Part shown: in pieces, positions 42,461-57,234 of the stretch | Layout of the letters: every line of letters begins with the position of its first letter | Numbering within the stretch: position 1 is the first letter of the stretch | DNA from: Eledone cirrhosa | Lineage: Eukaryota | Direction: 5' to 3' | NCBI GenBank assembly: GCA_964016885.1 | Contig: OZ024743.1 | Span: forward strand, 9,300,001-9,364,000 | DNA: 64,000 nt | The notes under the pieces: generated by a model | Database searches by the model: none | What the model was told of the DNA's origin: nothing | Seen by the model: only the letters and a program-made list of their open reading frames with translations | Made by a program: the position numbers and the translations under genes

Positions 42461-45149
42461 CTAGTCTAGGAATACTTAAAGTTTCATTAACATACTGATG
42501 CTGAAACTTGATTAATGTTACTAATTTGATAATGACCAAAAATTCTCAAAAAACTATCTAATAGCAACGTCTAGATTAACATTAGGATCTTTACAGTCGG
42601 CCAACAGAGAAAGAGACATTAATAAATGTTACAATAATAAATACTAAACATAATATTAATTACAATGTCAACAAAAACAACAGCAGCAATAGTAGCAACA
42701 ACTACAAGAAAGAATATAACAGTAATTGTTATGTTCGTTTTAATGACCGTATCATTTAGCAATACTTTAATAACGAGTGTAGCTGATTAATTACCTTGAG
42801 ACTGCTAAAATAGCGCCTTAATTAGTAACAACAGAAGAGATGATTACGAAAGGAACAAGGAAGAAATAACAATTGGCCTTTTCCCATTCTAGAACAATGG
42901 TTAATCTGGTGAAAGCTGAAGCTAAAAGTCGCTTGTTTTTTTTCTTTTATCTTTTTGTTTTCAAACCAGAAGTGCAGCGAGTGTGTCTTGATACTATTGC
43001 TCTGTAGGCGAAATAATGAACTTCACAAAGATTATAATTACTTTGCTAAAGATCACTCTGAAGCAAACACTTTGATTTATTGAACTGTGTCTGCAATTAT
43101 TTGTTCTAATAAATGGCGTGAACAGAGAAATAGAGATAAGCTCGCTATGAATTTTCCCAAAGTCACAGTTTCAATTTCTATTTGTAGTAATTTCCCTTTA
43201 TTATTGTCATCAATGTATTTGGAGTGTCATTAACATAACACCAATTCATATAAAAATGTTATTGATGTTATACCAATTTTTATACAAAATTCCTAGTCAC
43301 CGTTGGCAACGACACATGCAAATATATAACTGGTTGTCACGAACATTCAGATCTTTCCCTAGTGGATCCACCCCACATCAGGAGGAATGTTAGCACTACG
43401 GCTGGAAAACAGCAAAAAAAGGCTTTTGTTATATACTTATAACGAATACTCGTGGCAGGTCATCTGGAATGCACTCAGCATCCTCACATATTAGTTTCAT
43501 CTAGGTTCTGTGCGATCTGCGCACGTTGGCATTACAATGTCTTGGTGTCCAGAGCAAATATGGTTTATCTCCCTCTCTCGCATGATATGAGAGATTGCAT
43601 TGCAGGTAGATGGCTGTAGAGTTGCTTTTAGCTTACACAGCAATGGTTTATGCTTCAGTGTATACAGATGAAATAGGAAAGGACACCCTTAATCTACCGA
43701 GGGCTTAGTATAAAATGGTCCCGTAAAATGGTCATTAAATAGGAGCCACAATGTATTACTACAATCTAACGTCTGAAAATCGGACCAAAATCAACTGCTC
43801 TGAGGACAGACACCAAATATTGATGATCGAGAGCTTCGAAAGTTTTTGATAGGTCCAAATTAATTAGAGACCAACCGAAACCAGTTTTTCTCGCATGAAG
43901 TGTACGTTGTGTGTGAATACATTTGTTTGGAATCACGCACCTTTGCCTTTCTTTCTCCGACTAAACTCTGAACTACAAGCACCAATTTCTTTGCTAACTC
44001 CATGCACATCTTAAACTCTTCTTCCAACAAAGTTATGTATCGAAAATTATCCTTTAAGTCCCCTTCGCCTATTTTCTAGGCAGCACTACAACTCACCGGC
44101 TCACAAAATTGAGAATTGTTCTGTTCTACTGTTGTTGCAGTAGACATCTATGAAGACGACCCTGAACAAGTCTGGCATGTACTCGGAAAATTCGTAGGGT
44201 AGATGATCCAAAGTGAGGGATCTTGGCCCTGCCTACACACGATTACCTCAAATAGCTCAGCAGCCATTATTATTGGTCTTTCTCAGCATCACACCTCTTA
44301 CACCAAGTTGCCGAGGTAAACACTAAAGTCCATCACAGTTACTGACCCAACGCTATACACGAAAACTTGAGCACATTTGCCTGGAATCAGATAGGTTTCA
44401 CTTACTCTGAAGTATCAAAGATTGAATAGAGGATTTTTCGTCACATCGCACCCTTACACACAGCGTTCATTTCCTCGTATTTCGAGGTATATGCCTAAAC
44501 TCTGACAATACTGTCTTTGTGTTGCACGTCAAAGCAGTGATCGAGGCCCATTTTCGGAGATAGCATAGATAAATATTTTTTCTTTGCTTTCTCTTGCAGA
44601 TATCCTTGTAAACTAATAATACATTTTGAAACGCATTTGTATCACCATGGAAATTACCTTGGAAAAAATCCATGCTTAAATATTCCGTGTAACTTACAAC
44701 TCTAGCAAAATTGTCAGTTACATTTGAAATATTTTCGTTTGGGATAAAGTGTATGTACGTCTGTGTAATTGTTGTTGATGACTATATTATCATTCGTGGT
44801 GAGGAAACTGGTAATTTGGCGGGTTGTAAAAATAATGTTTTCTATTTGTTTCGTATTCAAAATTAATATTTTCTATGCAATTAAATTTTCGTTCATTTTT
44901 CTTTTGTCTTTTGGTTGTTTTCTGTTCATGAACTCTGTTGTTTTGCTCCTTGTTTATATTTTAGGCGGGCATTAATCGGTATTTTCATAGGTAGTGTGCA
45001 ATCTAATGGAAAACGTATCTAAATACGATCTAGATTACCCTATACTAGTGCATTCGGGAGTTCGCGTCAGACATTTGAAATTGTCTGATCAGGTTCTTGT
45101 GGCGTTAACAACGGTGCTACTTTCTACCTGCTACTCCCTACCCTCTCTA

Positions 45150-45670
45150 TGTCAAATTTAAGCGTTTGGAGACAAATATTTCCACATCAGTTTCAATACC
45201 CTCACTTCGTGGTAGGGGGGACTTCGATTATTCATTGTTGTTGTTTCTGTTATTGAGGCCGCAGTGTTGGTAGTAGCGCTGGTCTTTTGCTCGCTACTGT
45301 TGGGTTGTAGAAAGCACTTAAGTGGCTTGTGCCCACACACACATGGCATTTCTTTTGGCGCGCTACCCTGTTTATTAGCTCGACCCCATTGGTAGTTGAT
45401 AAGGTCTGGGATTTCTTTTTGGTTTTCTGTATTCATCTGAAGCAGAATTTCCAGGATTATCCCAGAACAATTTTCTCTGTTGCTGCATTTTACTTCTAGG
45501 GGTTTGACCTGATCCTCACGGACAATGAAGGTCAAGGTCCACTAGTGGAACATCCAGGATCCTCACCCTGACATTTCCCCTTGTTGGGTACAGAAAAAAC
45601 ACCTCACTTTAACGGGGTAGCACGGAATGTTTTCGTGCAAGTTTCTCACATTTGAAGAGGACCTCGTTGG
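45150..45670 (-). mobile_element. Tx1/L1-clade LINE ORF1 remnant
   Basis: EIPDLIN..MPCVCGHKPLKC (zinc-knuckle-like); resembles the IPDFIH segment at 26079-26339. Confidence 0.55.
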
Positions 45671-45716
45671 TGTTGTTTTTGTTGTATATTGTGTTACTAT
45701 TGTTTATGTCAATCAG

Positions 45717-45860
45717 GGCGGTGGATTGGCAGTATCGGTAGAGAGTCAGACGCCATGCTTTCCAGCATAGTTACGTCCCTTTACGGACTGAGTTCAAATC
45801 CCGCCGAGGTTAACTTTGCCTTTCATCCTTTCAGGGTCGATAAAATAAAGTACCAGTAAT
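45717..45860 (+). mobile_element. SINE (dominant family, 3' truncated)
   Basis: gggcggtggattggcagtatcggtagag..gagttcaaatcccgccgagg..gtaccagt. Confidence 0.9.
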
Positions 45861-46029
45861 ATATAGAGCCCTATTTACAATATATAACAAAATATTTTAC
45901 CAGGACATTACACAAACAATTGAAAATGAACAAAACTTACGGAACTAAAGTATGCGTGATGACTATTTGAGAAACCAATAATAATGATGATGATACTACT
46001 ACTACTACTACTAATAATAATAATAATAA

Positions 46030-46298
46030 TGGGAGGTAAAAAGGATTTGGAACTGCCATGAAGTCAAAGTGATCCCGATTGTCATAGGCGCACTAGGTAC
46101 TATCTCAAAAAGTTTTGAGGGATGGTTAAAGAAAATTGGCCCCGCCACGCTTTTTGGAACGCTTCAAAAGGCATGCTTACTGGGAACAGCAAGAACCCTC
46201 CGATACGTCCTGTATATCTGAGGCTGCAGGTAGTGGCTTGATATTCATTTCAACAAACTTTCCAGTTAACTAACATCAATGACTGAGACTCAAAGAAC
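46030..46298 (+). mobile_element. Dong/R4-clade non-LTR retrotransposon 3' end in (TAA)n
   Basis: Open frame 46030-46221: WEVKRIWNCHEVKVIPIVIGALGTISKSFEGWLKKIGPATLFGTLQKACLLGTARTLRYVLYI*, matching the restriction-like endonuclease C-terminus. (TAA)n on both sides. Confidence 0.85.
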
Positions 46299-47805
46299 AA
46301 TAATAATAATGATAATAATAATAATAATTGGCTTAGTCAAATTATTGGAGATCATTGTTCGGTATTCGATTTTACAAATGTCAAAATATGTTATTCCTCT
46401 TCACAATAAATCCGATTTCTTTATGTATACATCTTTTATTTTGGGTGATATGCATCATTATCTTACAGTATATAGTTTATATCACATTTTTATTGCTAAT
46501 CCATTATTTGAATATATGTAAAAAGCCTCATGCAAATCACTGTACTTCAACGACAAGATATCGGGTTAAATTAAAATGCCATTAGTTGTCAGGGTAGTTC
46601 CAGTTTCTTCGTTAATGTCATTTGTAAAAGCATACATGTCAGAACCACTTATTTATTTACCTTCACCTAATTAATACATCCTTTATTCTGCATTTTAAGA
46701 AAGGCATTTGCTATTGGATTTATTTATCAAGGTGTGATTAAGATTCATAAAATGAAAATAGCTGTATTTAAATATTTTTTAATTATTAATAGATATTTGA
46801 TTTTATTAAGTTTGAGATATTCTTAAAATTAAGGATGCAGGAAAAATATATTTAATCAGCACTGGCACTAGTTATTAAATAGATTTTGCATGCATTAGGA
46901 AGATAATTTTAAATAGAGAAAAACAAAGAAGCCAATGAACAAACAAATAATAAATAATAACATTTTAAACATAAGCTTCTAAGCATAGATCCTTGTTGAA
47001 ATCTAGCGAAATTGACATCAATAACGCAAAAGGCCAAACGATTTTTATTACAAAATATCAGCTAATATTGTATCAATATCGGCTTTTGGAAGAATTCGGA
47101 AAACATTGTTGTAAAGTTAGCATTAGTTATGCAGCGTTTGATGAAAGGTAATATCCGGTGGAACTAAGCGATGTTCTACTTTTCGTTTATTAAAACTTTG
47201 CCAATATCTAGCTTCCTGTTAGTAATCGTTCAAAGAGATTTTAAAAAAAAATTCCATTTATTTTTCATCATAAAGTTTGATAAAAGGAATATATAACATA
47301 TGTCTTTAATTAATATAAAGGTAAAATATTCTGGTTATTAGTGAAGGTGGCAGTTGCTGAAGAATTTTGTCAATTATAATCATAAAGTGATATTCAGAAA
47401 GTATATCTTGACAGAATAATCGACATACATTAGACATAAAAAAAAAATCCCCAGAAGTACTTAGGTTTAGAAAGGTTAACATTGTAAATATACCAAGTTA
47501 GTAGTAAAGAATAGAACGGGAAATTTAAAGAGGAATAATTAGAAACACGAATATAGTATAGAATAACATATTACCAAGGCAAGATAATAGTATTTATTTA
47601 GTACTTTTAAGCGGACTCGACTGTAATATGAAATATTTTTACTTAGTCCGGATAAGAGTATAGTTCGGTTAAGAGTATACTATTTTCCATTCCCGAGGGT
47701 ATACTCTTAAGCGGACTCGACTGTATAGCAATTATTTTGTTCGTTCTCTGTACACACACACGCACACACACACACTCACACACACACACACTCACACACA
47801 CACAG

Positions 47806-47853
<48 letters not shown>

Positions 47854-47882
47854 GTACACACATCCATACATTCATACATACA

Positions 47883-47926
47883 TTCCTAATGATTTCATAC
47901 GAATGAAACTGCTCTAGACCTGTAGA
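47883..47926 (+). ncRNA. Degenerate HHR-like motif (family of 61255-61350)
   Basis: ttcCTAATGAtttcatacgaatGAAACtgctctagacctgtaga. Confidence 0.35.
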
Positions 47927-47979
47927 TGACACACACACACGCACAGACTCAGACACACACACACACACGCACAGACTCA

Positions 47980-48040
<61 letters not shown>

Positions 48041-48134
48041 GTGTGTGACAGCAAAGGGAGCTGACTAGCCACCTCCCTTTACTAACCTTACAACAAACGA
48101 GCGTGCGCGCATACACACATACATATATATATAT

Positions 48135-49070
48135 TAGAAAGTGAGGTTTTTTACAAAATGAAAAAAAAACCGAGGTGTCCTACACGAGTGAAAGTATAAG
48201 GAAAAATGATGAAATCGAAAATGCAACTGGAGTCTTTTTTTTAAAAATATATATTTATTTCGTTCCTTTACCGGTTTCGCAGCTCTTCTGCTTTTCAAAA
48301 GTAGAATTGAGATGGAGGATTTGTGGTTTTTCTCACACGTGGTAGGTGTTTGAATGTTACCTCTGTTGAATGTTGGAAAAAAGTGGCTGGAAATGGTAGG
48401 CTTTTAGAGAAGTAATTTGGTTGGTTGGTGAATAAGTATAAATATGGCGCTAGTTCGCGTTACAAAGTTCTTATTATATTTGCCTTAAAAAAAGGGTGGG
48501 GTGGGGGGCTCAGGTAGTTTTTTCATATATGAGTGAAGTTGTGTTGGTTGATGCAGTCACGTGAATAAGCACATCAGCTTTCGCGCCAGTTTGTGTTTGA
48601 ATTTCTTTTTACTTAAGAAAAAGTGGCCCACGAAGGCTTTTTTTAATAGATGTAATTTGATTGGTTATACATGAAATTATGACTGTCACATGAACAAGTA
48701 CATTAAATTTCGCGTCCGTATTTTGGAATATTTTATAGCCATTTAGAGAATTTTGTGCCAAACAAAAGATAATGGTCAAGAAAAAGGGATGGAGAGAGTT
48801 GTTCTGAGTATGACTGATGTGCTGAAATGTAATTTGATTGGTTATAAATGAAATTATGACTGTTACGTGAACAAGTACATTACATTTCGTGCCCGTATTT
48901 GAGAATTTATTTTTTAGCCTTTTAGAGAATTTTGTACCAAACAAAAGATAATGGTCAAGAAAAACGGGATGGGGAGAATTCTTCTGGTTCAGTGAATATG
49001 GCTGGTGTGCTGAGGTGTCAAAATGCAGACTTTCTATTGAAATAAAGAAAGTAGAGATGTGTTTGTGTGC

Positions 49071-49164
<94 letters not shown>

Positions 49165-49610
49165 GAAGATGATTCTATTAGTAGAAATGGGGGAGGGAGT
49201 TGTGTGTGTGTGTATGGGTGTTATGTGCGCGTGTGTATGTGTGTGTGGGAGTATGGTTAGCATGTTAAGATGGAGAGAATATATATAATTTTATGTGTGT
49301 GTGTAGGAGAATGATTCTGTTAGTAGAAATGGGGGAGGGAGTTATGTGTGTGGTGGAGGGTGTGGTTAGCTTGTTAAGGTGTTAGAGTATTAATGTATGT
49401 TAAGGTTTATTTAGTTCTGGTTTTCATTTTCTAAAGTAGAAGGTGTTATGTGTGTGTGTATGTGTGCGTCTGTTTGGATGGTTAGCATGTTATGGTGTTG
49501 ACATAATGTATATTAAACTATATTTAATGCTGGTTTATATTTTTGAATAATCATATTTTCCTTATTTATTCGGATTTGGTCTGTTGTATTGTCAGCGCAA
49601 AGATACATAA
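48135..49610 (-). mobile_element. Penelope-like element 3' part: GIY-YIG C-terminus, repetitive 3' region, HHR, tail
   Basis: Minus ADNTTDQIRINKENMIIQKYKPALNIV* (~49596-49513; R..E...I....P.LN). Internal direct repeats 48651-48800/48828-48980 and 49161-49290/49302-49400. Ends in TA repeat. Confidence 0.7.
48265..48304 (-). ncRNA. Minimal type I hammerhead motif, U3:A8 core variant
   Basis: Minus: ctt-TTGAAAA-gcag aagag ctgc-GAAAC-cg-GTA-aag. Confidence 0.7.
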
Positions 49611-50021
49611 TGTAATATCACACGAGAAAACTCAGCATTTAACAATAGGGGATATATCAGAGCTGAGCTGCGATGCAAATAAAACAATTTTAAATAGACT
49701 ATCAAATATACAAACTGAAAACTTTCCATATTTCTGTAATAGAAGGGTGGTTATTTGTATGTACCTGTGAAGTGGCCATGAATAGTGAGAGCCACTCTCA
49801 TATACATACCAATGCTCTTATATAGTTATATATTGGGCGGTGCATTTAGAGGCGTAGTCATCCACCTTACATTTGTCTGTAAATATGTAGTTGTGTATAT
49901 GTCTATAAATGGATATACGTACAAAATTACTTGACGACACTTGTATGTTTACGACTTTGCTAGCTATTTTATGTGTGTCGTACGTTTTCTTCTACACATA
50001 AATGTGCTCACACACCCATAC

Positions 50022-50917
<896 letters not shown>

Positions 50918-51216
50918 CTTGGGCAATGGTATCAACTAGTATTTAATAACAGAGCTAAATAATTCTGTGTGCGGCATGCGACTGTTATGTTATCTGTCAA
51001 AAAGTGTATGAGCGGGAGGGAATTGAGTTTAGTGTTTGGAGGGAAACGTGTTATAGCGTGGAAAAAGGATACAATTAGCGAAGATGCAGATCGCTGATCA
51101 TCCTCTACTCAAAGAAAATAATAGGTAACAGGAAGATACAAGGGAAAGAAGCAATGAGCAGTCGAAAGAGATTGGGAAAGATAGTATTAGTATTTATGTG
51201 TCGGTCTTTATGTATG

Positions 51217-51242
51217 AGAGCGAGAGAAAGAGAGATAGATAG

Positions 51243-51313
<71 letters not shown>

Positions 51314-51397
51314 GAGAGAGAAAGGGAGAAAGAGGGAGAGAGAGAGATAGAGATAGAGAGATAGATAGTTAGAGAGAGAGAGAGAGAAAGGGAGAAA

Positions 51398-51437
<40 letters not shown>

Positions 51438-52035
51438 AAGAGGGAGAGAGAGGGAGAGAGATAGAGAGTATATAGAGATAGAGAGGATCAGCGACAGAGA
51501 GAAAAATAATAAGAGAGAAGGGTCTAGAGAGAAAGAAAGGAGATTGAGAGAAATTAATATTAAGAAGAGAGAAGATGAACGATGGAAATAAAATGCAAGG
51601 CGATTTAGTCAATATAACTACTAATTTCTTGTTAAAGAGAGCCAGCTAGAAAGAGGACAGCTTGATCAGAGAACTATAATAGACAATAAAGAACATACAT
51701 TTGTGTGATAAGCATCCAATTATGATTTGAATAGTGACTACCAATCAACTCCTGATTGCCCCATTAGGAAGAAGGAAATATTTCACTGGAAAGTATGTAA
51801 AGATGAGTATGTATGCAAATTGGTTCACTTCCAAATGAAACTCTCTCTCTCTCACTCACTCTCTTTCACTCTCTTCTCTCTCTCTCTTTCTATATATGTA
51901 TATATATATACATATATATATATACATATACATATATATATATATATAATATATATATATACATATACATATATATATATGCATGTATTATATATACATA
52001 CATATATATATACATATATATATATATATACATAC

Positions 52036-52072
<37 letters not shown>

Positions 52073-52140
52073 CATTTATATATATACATACATTTATATA
52101 TATATATATATACATACATTTATATATATATATATATATG

Positions 52141-52196
<56 letters not shown>

Positions 52197-52227
52197 CATA
52201 TATATATATATACACATACATATATAT

Positions 52228-52323
<96 letters not shown>

Positions 52324-52368
52324 TATATATATATGATATATATATGTATGTATATATACATATATATC
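51217..52368. repeat. (GATA)n/(GA)n and (CT)/(TA)n microsatellite blocks
   Basis: 51217-51485 and 51841-52368. Confidence 0.9.
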
Positions 52369-52579
52369 TTGAGAAGTCGGTAACCTTATTCCGAATATTA
52401 TTGTGAATCAGCCAATGATTTGCCACCCTCTAAAGACTACAACATATTCAAGTATTTATACGAATCATAGTATTTATATGTAGAAGCAGTTTTCTTTCCC
52501 TATATTGCATTTGTATCATGCATCACTAGAACAAAAGCAACAGCAGTGAATGCAATCAATCTTCGCGTACACACATCTA

Positions 52580-52655
<76 letters not shown>

Positions 52656-53289
52656 GTGTGTGTGTGTGTGTGTGTGTCAGTCGGTATATGTCTGAGTGTG
52701 TGTGTGTGAAGTGTTCATTTGCTCCCCAAAGAAAGCCTTCATGGGTGATGTAGTATTATTGGCAAATGACAAGGAGCCAATGATGAGAATATTGCGCAGA
52801 CTGGATGATCTAATAATTGTTTAAAGCAATGAAATCGCTTAGAATGTCACTTGTTAAAGGAAGGCCCAAGAGTTGTACCCAAGGTTTTGCCAACAATAGT
52901 CGGAAAGTATGTGAAGAGCCTATGGATGTTGTATTATGGGAAACACAATGATAGAAATGAGGGACTTAAAATCCAGAATTTAGCAGTGCATGAAATTTCA
53001 GCGATAGACAGAAAAATACTATCAGGCAAATTCAAGCTTAGTTGCATGCAGTTTGCACTACACCCCTAACTGCAATGACCACTGATGCTCTATGAAGTCG
53101 CACTTACGAATATCAAGTCCATGAAGCGGAAATGCATTATCTATAGATGCAAGTGGCTAGGAGTGAGAAGATGTTTGCATGTGAGACACTGTGAAAGAAT
53201 GGTCGTTCGACAGAATTAGCACATCAATAGTCGAGCAGTACAACTGAATTGAGGTGCGGTCTGTGCTGAAGTTTCGCTATTTAAACTAT

Positions 53290-53420
53290 CTTTTCAACCC
53301 GACAGCTGAGCTCTTGCCGTTTCAACAGATTCACACACACACACACACACACATATATGTATGTGAGTTCAGATCTAGCTGTCGAAACGGCCGGAGCTCG
53401 GGGTCCTGACTCTTTTCCTA
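53290..53420 (+). mobile_element. PLE-like fragment with inverted head (family of 3768)
   Basis: gagctcttgccgtttcaacag..(CA)n..ctgtcgaaacggccggagctcggggtcctgactctttt. Confidence 0.5.
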
Positions 53421-53426
53421 TGTGTA

Positions 53427-53492
<66 letters not shown>

Positions 53493-53606
53493 TAAACGGA
53501 ATAGAAAATGCTGACAAATTGTTCACAGTGAAAAATAGTTTAATTAGGAATAAGTGAGAATTAGTAATTAGTAATTGTATTGGTTAGTGTTCAGTTTTGG
53601 TTTTAA

Positions 53607-53645
53607 GTTTTACCGGTTGCGCATTTCTAATGCTTTTCAAAAATA
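53607..53645 (-). ncRNA. U3:A8 hammerhead motif with one core mutation
   Basis: Minus: ttt-TTGAAAA-gcatt aga aatgc-GCAAC (GAAAC mutated)-cg-GTA-aaa. Confidence 0.55.
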
Positions 53646-53691
53646 ATTTTGAGATAGAGCGTCCGTGATGTTTGCTCATATATATATATGG

Positions 53692-54265
53692 AAAAAATGA
53701 AATTTCATTTCTCACTCTTAGTACGGCTGATACTTAACAAACCGAGCATTATAATAAATGTTCGGTAAGACCATACGTATATATATATATGTGTGCATGT
53801 ATGTATGTATATACATACTACTGTACGCCTGTATACATATATGTATGTACGTATACATACTTATATTTAAGTATCAGCCGTACTAAGAGTGAGAAATGAA
53901 ATTTCATTTTTTACATTTATCGTTCACGGTACGCCCGGCCGACTAACTCACTCGATATACAAATTAGGCTACTCAGCCGTTAATATGCATAAGGAAAGTA
54001 TATACTTTCAAACGTTCAATCATCTGACAGGAAGGTATACGGTGCTGATGACAGCTAATAACTTAGAAACTAGTTCATCGTTCCGTTGTCAGTGCTGAAC
54101 AAAATGGCAACAATGGTTGCCGAACACTGTACGGCTAATAATTCGGGCTGTTTGTTTACAAACAAACCGAGCATTATAATAAATGTTCGGTAAAACCATA
54201 CGTATATATATATATATATATGTGTGCATGTGTATGTATATAGATACTACTGTACGTCTGTACTT
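53692..54265 (+). mobile_element. PLE pLTR-like unit: inverted head plus partial tandem repeat
   Basis: 53692-53737 is the reverse complement of 53867-53912; 53736-53835 is directly repeated at 54161-54262. Contains an HHR. Confidence 0.7.
54039..54081 (+). ncRNA. Minimal type I hammerhead motif
   Basis: acggtg-CTGATGA-cagctaataactta-GAAAC-ta-GTT-catcgt. 6 bp stem I, weak stem II. Confidence 0.7.
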
Positions 54266-54549
54266 ATATATATATATATATATATAACCAAAGATTAATA
54301 TGGTTCATTGATTACTCAATTAATACAGTTTTACAATAGATTAAAAGCACTCAACTGTAAAGTTTTCCTGGAGTTTTATTATTCAAAATATTAACACAGT
54401 ACCTTCGAAATATATATAATAAAGCACGATAGATTAACGGAGCCATAGACTCTCGCTTTAATTTATATTTTTAATTACCGTTGTCTACCCTGCCTTTCAT
54501 AGGTTATAGATTCCATACACCGGTGGTTTTTCCCTGTTTTATTGATGGC

Positions 54550-55012
54550 GCAAGGGGAAATCCGACGTTTGACTTATGTATTGACGAACGAATAGCTATT
54601 CTAAAGAGATTACGCAATAGTGATTGCCTAAACACGAGAAGTGAATTTTTCACACGCTGTCCACACGTCGGCAAACACCTATTACATAACTACAAGGCTT
54701 CGGACTGATTCTTTGTAATTTTATTTTATTTTCAACCTAAAAACCTTTCGAACTTTCGCAGTTATCTTCCTTACACCGCTCGCACGCAGTCTAGTATTGC
54801 CTGTGTGAAGTGGCCGGGTTTCTGCGCATGCGCGTTCGTACGGTTGTCCTTCCTGTTCCTATAACCATGCCCATCCCGAGCTGAAGATCCGCTAAGGTGA
54901 AACAATTGTTCTCGGTATGGTGAACTAACTGTTGTGTAGCCACTTCTAACTAACTCGTCCCTTGGACTGAGTGCTCTACCACTACGGATATTACCTTCCA
55001 GTGTTCCACCAC
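54550..55012 (+). mobile_element. Penelope-like element 3' end (Cys/His-type GIY-YIG C-terminus plus HHR)
   Basis: FDLCIDERIAILKRLRNSDCLNTRSEFFTRCPHVGKHLL (cf. CxLCxxEKxxI..LNxRxE..CxH), stop at 54708. HHR ~160 bp downstream; ends at (TA)n. Confidence 0.8.
54871..54920 (+). ncRNA. Minimal type I hammerhead motif
   Basis: ccatcccgag-CTGAAGA-tcc gctaa ggt-GAAAC-aatt-GTT-ctcggtatgg. Confidence 0.85.
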
Positions 55013-55051
55013 TATATATATATATGTATAAATATATATATAAATAAATAA

Positions 55052-55141
<90 letters not shown>

Positions 55142-55597
55142 TTTGCAGTTTCCGTCTACAACATTCAGTTTTTCTGTCAAAAATACAATCTGGAGTAAAT
55201 AAAACGAAATTAAAATCTAGAGGAGCAAGGTTAACTGCTGAGGAGGTCACAGAATGCTTGACAAAAATTCTTTGACATTTAAATATGACAATTAAACATC
55301 TATCCGGTTACTAAACTAAACGAGGAATGTCTTAGTCGTATGCATAATACCGAAGTGAAACAGCAGGTACATCTGTTTTTGATAGTAGCAACATGACCTT
55401 TCCAGTTTATAATAATATATATGTCTTCTTCTTCTTCTTCTTCTTCTTCTTCTTCTTCTTCTTCTTGAAAGTGCTGTGAGGGCAAAGCCCCCAAACATTG
55501 CTGGCCTTGTGCCAATAGTAGAAACAATTATTCAGTCTATATAATCATACGAATTTCATTTGTCTAGCATCAATTGTAGATATTTTCTCCAATGAAA

Positions 55598-56148
55598 TAA
55601 TTGTTTCTACTTTTGGTACAAGGCTAGCAATTACCCAGTGTATTACTGGTACTTTATTTTAACGACCGCGTAAGAATGAAATAATAATTATAATAAGGAT
55701 GTCTACTATAAACACAAGGCCAGCAATTTGGGGAGAGGAGAAAGTCGATTAAATTGACCCCAGTGCGTAACTGGTACCTTATTTTATCGACCCTGTAAGG
55801 ATGAAAGGCAAAGCAAACCTCAACGGAATTTGAACTCATAACGTAAAGGGCCGTAAACTCCCTCCCGAGAAACATGATATCCGACGCTCTACCGTTACTG
55901 CCAACCCACCATAAAATTAATAAAAATAATGCTGTCTTATATAGGCACAAAGCCAACCTTTTGGGGGGAAGGGGAATGTCGATTAAATCGACCCCAGTGC
56001 GTGATTGGTACTTTATTTTATCGGCCCCCTTAAGGACGAAATGCAAAGTTTACCTCGCGGGATTTGAACTCACATCATAAAGGACCATAACTCTATGCTG
56101 AAAAGCATGGCGTCCGACCCTCTACCGATACCGCCAATCCACCACCCT
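55598..56148 (-). mobile_element. Cluster of three SINE copies (dominant family)
   Basis: ~55598-55680 (partial), 55705-55910, 55935-56148. Confidence 0.85.
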
Positions 56149-56952
56149 AAAGACGGTACAAATAATAATACTGATTTCGACTATGTTTTCGTTTCTGTTC
56201 CCTAGTTAAGTTTTGTTCAACCTTTTAACACTCAAATTTGTTTGATTGTCTTAAATATGCCGAATGTCTACAAAATTCGTTGTTATTGTTGCTAAGATAG
56301 TTACGCTCAAAGACACGTTACGACCAGCAGAATAATATTATAGCCGTTGTTAAACCCAAACGAAGTCTATTTTTTTTTTTGTCTATTTGGAAATTTGAGT
56401 ATGTTTGAAAATTAAACACCTAAGCTAATATTTATTGATATGTTAAGAGAATCAAAAACAAAAATCACTTGTTTAAACTTCATAATAAACACTTCAATAT
56501 AAACTTTAATTGATTATGAAAATAACTTCAAATATATTGAAATTTCTAACAAATAGTGAGATCTTTTGTTCATGAGTAAAAAGATAATAATGAATATACT
56601 TTATTGACTATATGTATTGAGTACTAGTACGAACTGGTGCATTACTGGTGCATTATACATATATATATTATCTCGTCTTGTATATATAGAACTACATTGT
56701 CCAATATGTCCGTGTGTAATTTAAAATGTTGAGGTAAATTTGTATAATATTGTTAGTAGTTTAAGATCAGCTATAATCCATCACGATCGACAGACACATG
56801 GTCAGAATGAAAGACGTGAACATGCTGACTCTTTTTATATATCAATGACTACATTCTTAGATATATGCGTATGTATGACGCTACAGGGTGATATGAGAGT
56901 AAGTTGACTTCGAATTCTAGACAGTTGAGCGATAGTGCAGGAGCTGGTGCAA

Positions 56953-57140
56953 TAATTGTTTCTATTTTTGGCACAAGGTCAACAATTAACCTAGTGTATT
57001 ACTGGTACTTTATTTTATTGACCCTGTAAGGATGCAAGGCAAAGTTAACCTCGGCAGGATTTGAACTCTGACCATAATGGGCCGTAACTCTTTGCTGTAA
57101 AGCATGGCGTCCGACCCTCTACCGATACTGCCAATCCACA
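56953..57140 (-). mobile_element. SINE copy (mirror copy at 57674-57862 on +)
   Basis: Consensus match. Confidence 0.9.
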
Positions 57141-57234
57141 GCCCCAATAATGCGCCAGCTTCAGCATTCGGTAGTCAGAAGGGAAGTAGGTATAAAAGCC
57201 AAACTCGCTTTCTTCAATTCGGTATTCGTGCCAA

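Noticed and set aside
43300-44460. GC-richer, coding-like stretch
   Set aside because: No sustained frame or recognisable motif found by eye; needs BLASTX.
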